Below, in pieces: positions 55,828 through 64,000 of a DNA stretch of 64,000 nucleotides; position 1 is the stretch's first letter, and each line of letters opens with the position of its first letter. Made by a program: the position numbers and the translations under genes. Under the pieces are notes generated by a model that was given only the letters and a program-made list of their open reading frames with translations, did no database searches and was not told the origin of the DNA. This DNA is from Amoebidium appalachense (Eukaryota; Protista; Ichthyosporea): contig CAVNZM010000016.1 in assembly GCA_963693365.1 (NCBI GenBank), positions 6,059,029 through 6,123,028 on the forward strand, in the 5' to 3' direction.

Positions 55828-56393
55828 GGGGAACCCCAACTAATTGATTTCTCCTTGTAGTCTTTATGGTGTCTCGTAGAGAAAGTAAACCCTGATATAT
55901 AGTCACCACCCGACATCTATGTACGTGATCATGATATACCGCTGAGGGGATATTCCGAGCAAAACCCCCCCCCCCATACCTGAGACTGGTTCTCTTTGCC
56001 TCGAGTAAACAGCGTAAACCCCATCTATAGTGCATGCATAGGTGGCGCTATCTACAGAGCATGGATAGACGGTGCTATCTAAAAGTGCATAGAGAGACGG
56101 TTTTACCTATAGTGCATAGGTAGACTAAAAGTTTTAATCGGACGCTGGCACACTTGCACACACAAACGCACCCCGGGACTGTGGTGACACAAAAACGGTG
56201 ACAGTAGCACACTCACACACACATTAGTACGTGTGCAGCAACACACTCACAAGCACACACACAACACACACAAATTTAATGCACATTTGCAGATATCCAT
56301 GCCCTCCCCCCCCCCCCCCCCCCCCCTCCTCCTCCTCCCCACCTTCCCCCCGGGCCCATTCACCACCACCATAACGTTTCACGACACACACGC

Positions 56394-56493
<100 letters not shown>

Positions 56494-57682
56494 TAATGCG
56501 GAAACACATGTTGTTGGTAGGCGGGGGTCGCCGTTTGTAGGTGGGGATGGGTGGGTGGGTAGTTGGGTGGTTGTGTTTGTAGGTGGATGGGTGGATGGGT
56601 GAGTGGTAGGGTGTGTATGCAGGTGGTTGGGTGGGTGGGTGTGTCAGTGAACAGGTGGGTGTGATGGTGGCGAGATCCGGGTCACAATGAAAGATGGTGG
56701 GTGGGGAGGTGGATGCATCTGGAGGGGAGGGATGGGGAGGGATCGGCGGGGCGGGAAGGGGGAGGGTGGGGGGCAGGGGGGAGGGGGGGGGAGAAGAGGG
56801 GGAGAAGGAATGTAGGATGGGGTGGGCGGGGTGGATGGGTGAGTGGACGTATGTGATGGTGGTTGGTGGGTGGGCGAGTATGGGTGGGTGAGTGGGTGTA
56901 CCGGTGGTTGTGGTGCGGGTGGGTGTGTGGGCGTCCTCGGGTGTATTGGTGGGTGGGTGGGTAGGTGGGCCGGTCGACGTGTTTGATTGTCACTGTAGAT
57001 GGATGGATGTGTTGGTGTGTGATGGGTGGGTGGGTAGGTTGGTGGGTGGGTGGAGGCTGGGGATGGGAAGGTGGGTTTGCGGATGAACAGGCGGGTAAGT
57101 AGGACCGAAAGGGTCGGCCGGATGGGTGTGAGGAGTACGTGTTTGGTTGCTTGGGTGCGGTGGATGGGTGGGTGGGTGGTTGGTTTGCAGGCGGATGGGT
57201 GGATGAGTGGGTGTGATTGTGGGGGGGGGGGGGGGGGGGGGGGGAGGGAAGAAGGAAGAAAGTGAGGAAGGGAGGGAGGATGGGTGGCTGAGTGGGTAGG
57301 TGGTTGGGTAATGGTTGAGATGGGTGGGTGGGTAGGTGGATGGATGAGGGTGGATGGGTGGGTGGGTGGGTGGATGGGTGGATGGGTGGGTGGGTGGATG
57401 GGTGTTTGGGTGGATGGGTGGATAGTGTGTGGAGGGATATGAGGGAAAGACGGCACCGGTGGAGGGTGTGGTGGTGGTGGTGGTGGGGAGGGGTCGAATA
57501 GAAAAAGTGACCCTAGTTGCTCGGGATTACGGCACAGGAGAGTGGGTCGGAATGTGGCTCGAGGGGGTTGGGGAGAGGGCGCAGGAAGAAATGAGGTGGG
57601 ACTGTCCGTGGTGAGTTTTAGTCAGGCCGTCACAGTTGCCGGATTGGAAAGCAGACTTGTAAAGAATTAAAACCTACCTTAG

Positions 57683-57727
<45 letters not shown>

Positions 57728-58204
57728 TCCCCTCCCCCCGCGCGTCTTCCCCGTTTCTCTCCCTCCTATATTTACCTCCCCCCCCCTCCCCCCCCCCCCC
57801 CCCCTCTCCCCCCCCACCCACCCACCCTTTCAACAGTTTGTCCCCTGCCCCTTCCTCACAGGTGCCCAGCCCATATCCTAGTCACTTTCTAGTCAACTCA
57901 TTCTTTTTTATTCAAATAGTATTTCGAAAGAAAATGAAATCTTCCCCCCTCCTTTTCTTGTATTTTTCGCTATAGGGCCGAGGTTTGGTGGCGGGATTAC
58001 ATGTGTTGTGTGTGTGTGACGGGGAGGGTGAGGGGTTGGGAGTATGGAGTCATTGATGTAGCTAGTGGTCCATGAGGGCGGGAGAGTGAAAAGCAACCAC
58101 CAGAAAATGGGTAGAAAGTGAGCACGGGCAGTGTGTAGAAAGGTGGGGGCAGGGAGGGTTATATATATGTATTGCATGTATAGATGTGCGTAGAAGTGTA
58201 CATA

Positions 58205-58680
58205 TGGTTATCTGTAGTGCAGAGATAGTAGGGTTATCTGTAGTGCATAGATAGTAGGGTTATCTGTAGTGCATAGATAGGAGGGTTATCTGTATTGCAT
58301 GATAGTGGGTTATCTGTAGTGCACGGATAGACGTGTGTTTAGGGGGATATGCGGTTATCCGGTATCTGTGGGGCATGGCTAGACGTGAGTATAGGTGGAT
58401 ATATGGTCATCTGTGGTGCATGGATAGTAGGGTTATCTGTGGTGCATGGATAGTAGGGTTATATGTGGTGCATGGATAGTAGGGTTATATGTGGTGCATG
58501 GATAGTAGGGTTATCTGTGGTGCATGGATAGTAGGGTTATCTGTGGTGCATGGATAGTAGGGTTATCTGTGGTGCATGGATAGTATATCGTGGTGCATGG
58601 ATAAACGTGAGTATGGGTGGATATGTGGTTATCGGTAGTTCCTCTCATCATAGATCTGGTGCTATCTGTAGTGCTGAGCA
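58205..58680. repeat. 26 bp minisatellite (GGGTTATCTGTGGTGCATGGATAGTA)n
   Basis: About 12 or more recognisable units; related degenerate units TATCTA.AG.GCAT.GATAGACGG occur at ~55745-56125. Confidence 0.9.
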
Positions 58681-58901
58681 TGGGTATGTTCTCTCCTTGG
58701 CAAGAGTGTGCACATGGCAGAAGAAACACGAGTATTCGCTGTGGTGGTTGTGCACTGAGTCTCGTGTGTGAGTCTTTAGGGTGTGTGTGTATGCTATCTC
58801 TGGGTGCTTGATTTGATGAGGCCTTTTTTTTATTATTATGTATTTTTGTATTTTGTTTTTGTTGTGAGGGAGCCCCGGGGAGGGGGAGGGTCGGGGGGGA
58901 A

Positions 58902-58939
<38 letters not shown>

Positions 58940-61111
58940 GGAGGAGGGAGGGATGGTATTTGATTTCGTGTGTATTCTGTAACCTGAGTGTGTGCTTTTT
59001 CGGGGGGTGTGGGTGTGTATTAGCGGTGTGAGAGGGTGTAGGTTTAAAGCCGTGGTAGTGCTATGTCTTCAGCAATCGGAGAAAAAGCCCCTTCTCTTCA
59101 TGTGCATACTCAAAGTTTGGCAGTAAATCAAAACCTAAAAACCCGTGAATTTGATGCGGAACTGGCAATAGGGACCCCAGCACAGAAAGTGGAGAAGAAG
59201 GGCGGGGAGGGGGGGGGGGGGGGGGGGGATATTCCCTTGGGGGGAGATGGTGGTAATATGGGGGGGGGGGGGGGGGGTAGAAAAATAGGTGTAGTAAGAA
59301 AGATGGAACAAGGTTGTAATGGGGAAGGCGGAAGGGAGGGGATGGGCAGAGGGGGAGAGGGGAAGGGGGGGGGGGGGGGGGGGGGGGTACGGGTCAGGGT
59401 AGGGTGCGAAGTGATAGGAGTGTGGGGGCAGGCATGCTGGGGGGGGGGGGGGGGGGGGGGGGGGAAGGAGGGGGGTGGGGACAGAGAGCGGCCCTGGGGG
59501 AGGGGGGGGGGGGGGGGGGGGGAGCAAATGAACAACGATGTCCGCTGTTAGATAATCCCACAAATAAAGTTTCGCAAATTTTCGCAAAATTTTGCCACAA
59601 TTATAGTATTTAGTGTGAACACATGTCCAGCCCTCCCCCTCGCCCCACCGCGGCCCTGAAATCAATAAGTATACACACGTTACATTAGGTTCTCATAAGT
59701 CCTCTTCATGCGGGCATTAACTACCATCTCCCTCCCCCCCCGGCCTTTTCCCGTCTTCCCCCCGTGGCACAAAAAAAAATAAAACAAGTGTGGCCACCCT
59801 CCTACCCACCCGCTTCCCCCTCTCCAAGAACACAACACCCACCCACCCCCCAACAACACACACACACTGCGCCGGGTTTCACTCTTGGGGTCAAGGCCTT
59901 GTTAATTTGGAAGCGGGCAAAGAAAGAGAGTTGGAGGGGGGAAGGGGGGGGGAGAGAGGGGGAGGGGGGGGGGGGGAAGGAGGAGGGGAGGGGCAATACT
60001 TATGCACTACTGTTCTACTCAATGAGGCATTCAGCGGATTATCCTAGGAAAAGGTCATGCATTCACTTTAATACAGACAGACAAAAAAGATAGTCGAAAA
60101 AAATGTGGAAGGGGGGAGCCATTCAAAGTTAGGTAGGCGCACCATAGGGGTCGAGAGAGGAGGAGGCAGAGAAGGGGGCAGGCGCGGGGGGCGGAGGGGG
60201 AGGGGGGGGGGGGGGGAGGAGGGCAGGGCTGAGAGGGAGCAAGGGGGGGGGGGGGGGAGGGGGGGAGGGGAGGGGGTTGAATCGAGCATTGGCTGTATGT
60301 AAGGCAGCCAAACTATTGTGTAATCCCGGTACCGGTCTCCCCCCCCCCCCCCCCCCCCCCCCAATTACCTACCCCTCCCCCATCATCTAATGTGCAGACG
60401 GAGGAGCGGGATATCCCATCACGCACGAGAATACAGACGCTAAACCCCCTCCCCCCACCGCCCCCCAGAATGTTCGCAACTGAGCAAGAAGTGCAATTAC
60501 ACAAAGGCAAAATGGCTCACAGGACACAGCATGCCTAATAACTTGAAAAAACAAACGTGCAAGGTAATGTGCGTGCCAATGTGTGTTATATTAGAAACGT
60601 TTAGCATGCAAAAAAATTAGTGTGTATTGTCTGTGGGGGGGGGGGTGGGGGGAGGGGGGGGGGGGGGAGGGGAAGAGGTGGAAGGGGAAAGAGAGGAGGA
60701 GGGGGGGGGGGGGAGGAAAAGGGGGGGAAGAGGCACGGTGACACTAACGAACTTAACTAAAAAAGGCGTAACATGTAGATTAGGTAAGCAGCTTTCCATT
60801 GTGGTTGCAGCAATCAAATGAGTTGAATCACCCAAATTCAGTCTCACCATTGAACTTTGTATATCGGTTTTATGTACAACTGTACAAAATGGATAAATAT
60901 TCTCTTCTAGGTTGAACAAATTTGACAACTTGTAGGCATAATGTCGAACAATTAAATTACTATAAACCTCAGATTCATCAAGCACTTGATTCTTTTCTCT
61001 TTCACAGTAGGTTAGGTTCATTAGGTTCTGACATGACAAGTACTTCATTACCATCATAATAATTTAGCCTCTAAAGATAAAGTTTAATATCATTCACCAT
61101 CATGTGCTGAA

Positions 61112-63885
61112 TCAGCTAACATAAGCACAAAGGCCAGGGTTGTTGCAATCTGGAAACCCACGGCACCAAGAATCTGGGATATTTACAACTAGTGACTTGC
61201 ACACTGGTTGGGGTGCATTCGGGTCGATCATTTTGCAGTAGCCGCTATACACCACACATCCATTATTGGCACGGCACCACTCATTGCTGACGTTGCTAAC
61301 GATGGAGACACAAGCCAGCCCCCCAGATGAAGTGGTGGTTTTTGTGGCTGTTGTTGTTGTTGTTGTGGTGGTGGTGGTGGTGGTGGTGGTGGTGGTGGCG
61401 GTGGCGGTGGCGGTAGCAGGGAAGGAAGTGGAAGAAGATGAGCTGGTAGAACTACTACTTGTGGTGGGTGGGGGAGGGGAAACGGTAGAAGAACTTGTAG
61501 AAGAGGAAGAAGTGGTGGTGGTGGTAGGTGCCTTAGTGGTGGTGGGTGCAGCAGTGGACGTAGCCGTAGTTGTTGGGTTTGTTGCGTTAGCCAGCAGGGC
61601 GTTGGCCACGGAGGAGATCAGCGGGTAGCCGTTGGCAAAGTCGTCCAGGTCCAGCGCCCAGAACATGGCTCCACGGTACCCGCTGGCCTTGAGGTGCCCG
61701 ACCTTGGCTGCCAGCGTGCCCACCGTGTCGTAGCCCACCCACACGTTGCCGGCCTGCACCACCGCCGAGAATGTCTGCTGCATGTCCTCGCACCTCACCG
61801 CCCCGGCCTGCGCCGCCAGCCTCTGGATCTCGTAGTAGGCCATGAACCCGGCCTCCCTCGTCTGCGGGCCGCTGGGCGCCGGCTGCACGGTGTTTGCAAG
61901 CATGTTGCAGGGCTTGCCGGTGGACGCCCCCGGGCTGGCCAGCGTGAAGGAGCGGCCGTAGGTGGCCATGCCCATTAGCAGTTTGTCGGCCGGCACCCCG
62001 GCAGCCCATGCGGCCATGCCGCGCTGCACCGAGAACTCGTTGGGGTTGGAGGGATCGAGGGGGTAGAGCTGGGTGTGGCCGCGGGTCTGGGCCTCCCACG
62101 AGCCATACAGGTCGTAGGACATGACACCCACCCAGTCCACAGACTGCGCTATCTGCGCCACCTCGTACTTGCTGCCGATCTGTGTGTGCCCCGCATAGAC
62201 GGCAATGCCCACAAGGAGGGGTGCCTTGCCCGTGGCCTGGGCCTCTGCGGCGATGCGCTGGCGCAGAACCTGCAGCAGGAGGGTGAAGTTGCTGCGGTCG
62301 GCGGCCTCGGGGTACTCCCAGTCAATGTCCACCCCGTCGAACCCATGCTGCCGCACAAACGCAATCACGTTGTTTGCAAATGCAAGGCGGCTCTCAGGTG
62401 TAGCCGCTGCACTGTTGAAGATGCGAGTGTTCTGGCTGAAGTTCCACCCACCAAGTCTGTTTGAGGAATGAAACATCAGCAGAAGTTACATCATTGCACT
62501 TTCTGTGTGCATTGGAAGAGTAGGCGCATATGAGAGACGGTTTGTGTGTGGGTGATGCAGAAAAAGAAAACTTTGGGGGACATATCGTGTGCATGCATGC
62601 ATGCATGCATGTGCGTGTGTGTGTGTGTGTGGTAGTTGGAGCTCGTTTATGGAATCGGACAGGAATGGGGAGGATTTGATTCAGAGACAGGACACTTACG
62701 AAATGACGGTCTTGATGCTGGGATTCTGGGCCCTGACGTGCTTGTGGAAGCGAACGTACATGCCGTCCGTGTAGTCGAGCATGTCGTTCCACTCGTACGG
62801 CAGCACCTTGTACGTGCTTGCCTCGACCTTTGCAAATGCATAGGCCAGATGGGTGAACAGCCGGGCATCAATGTTCTCGGGGAAGAATTTATAGCCCTCA
62901 GGGCGGTACTGAGCCCAGTTTGTGTAGTAGCCCATAACCATCTTGTTACCAGGGTTGGAGGGTGGTGGTGGTGGTGGTGGTGGGGGCGCTGCTGAACTAG
63001 TGGTAGCCGAAGTTGAAGTGGTTGCAACGGTAGAAGATGTTGAAACAACTTTAGTTGATGAGCTTGGGGTGTTGCTTGATGTCGTGCTCGGAACAGTGCT
63101 GTCTGATGCAATGATTTTGATGTCGGCGCAATTCCAAAACTGCGGGGGGAATGTGTATATCAGGCTCAATCGTTGATGTAATTAGTAGAGCAATCTGGCT
63201 TGCATGTATTGATGTTAGGTTTTGGCAAATTAGGGAGAGCAGAGATGTGGCGTATCATGCAGTGGGCTGTGTGTCTTGTGTGCGCGCCTTTGTGTATGCG
63301 TACTTTCATCGGCAGCTTTGGCATTGTTAAGTGCTTGAGTGCAGGCTTGACAGTAGGTTTGTATAACAGATTTTACCTGCTATTAACCACGGGTACGCAG
63401 TATTAACATATTGTGGTCGTGCAGGTTTGTGTTCAATTTTTGCAGTAAACTTACCTCCTCTTGATTGATTTGACCAGGTGAGTTGTCTGCCCTCCAGTAC
63501 CACTGAAGCACACACCTCTCACACGTGACCCCAGCAGGCAGCTTGACCTGCACTTTGTAGTCCATGCCAGACACATCCGTGCGCAAAAAGGTGTAGCCCG
63601 TGCCCAACCCATCGGCACGTTGCAGCGTGTATTTTGCAAAGCATTCCTCGCTTTCAGGTGTGAGCTTGTCTGGGTTTGAGAGCACACACAGGCGGAATAT
63701 GTATGTGCCCCAGTGCATGGCCGTGATCCTAACAGTCGTGTCGATGGTCTGTCCTGCGCGGAAAACAGACTCGGCAGGGATGAAGCCGTTGGCGTACATG
63801 CCGCCTGCCTCGTGTGGCTGGGGGGTTGGCATGGATGCCGGGTCGCCGCAGATACCATGACCGTTGGCAGCAACAGCTACCACAC
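61112..63885 (-). CDS. Multimodular chitinase: LPMO (LPMO_10 fold, AA15/AA10-like) + S/T/P linker + GH18 + Thr/Ser-rich linker + two Cys/Trp modules; 5' end unresolved at the window edge
   Basis: Exons 63885-63455, 63139-62700, 62456-61112 (TGA), phases consistent. LPMO motifs HGICGDP, ITAMHWG.Y.FRLC, LPAGVTCERCVLQWYW...NS, QEEFWNCADI. GH18 motifs GYYTNWAQYRP, THLAYAFA, SLGGWNF, FDGVDIDWEYP, MSYDLYGSW, MFWALDLDDF. Confidence 0.93.
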
Positions 63886-64000
63886 CTGCAAGGAAAAACA
63901 GCCACTCAATACTTCTCTTCAACTAGTGCAAGTTGAAGAGGGAACATTTCAATCACTTGCACCGGTGGCGGATGGACATGCCCACACAAACATTAAAAAT

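Overview
Eukaryotic genomic DNA with GT-AG spliceosomal introns. Introns and intergenic DNA are saturated with (CA/GT)n, (GA/TC)n and 20-90 nt poly-G/poly-C tracts, so most entries in the ORF track are artefacts. Gene content and style suggest a chitin-handling unicellular eukaryote, possibly an ichthyosporean-like holozoan; this is inference only. Genes reconstructed by hand from splice sites: (1) a 14-exon GTP cyclohydrolase II (RibA/RIB1) fused to a RibD-C/RIB7-type pyrimidine reductase (17077-27630, minus); (2) two tandem LPMO(AA15/AA10-like)-GH18 chitinase fusions, one intact as far as visible (61112-63885) and one pseudogenised (53795-55698); (3) a GH114 endo-alpha-1,4-polygalactosaminidase; (4) a probably mitochondrial PPR protein and a helical-repeat (OPR/FASTK-like) protein; (5) a small Cys/His hypothetical protein; (6) a secreted precursor with a defensin-like 6-Cys domain and dibasic cleavage sites. 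Mobile and repeat content: a defective pogo/Tigger DNA transposon with TIRs and TA target duplication, a Ty1/copia integrase relic, three tandem MITE-like foldback units, a ~110 bp dispersed element always abutting poly-G, two minisatellites and two strong hairpins.
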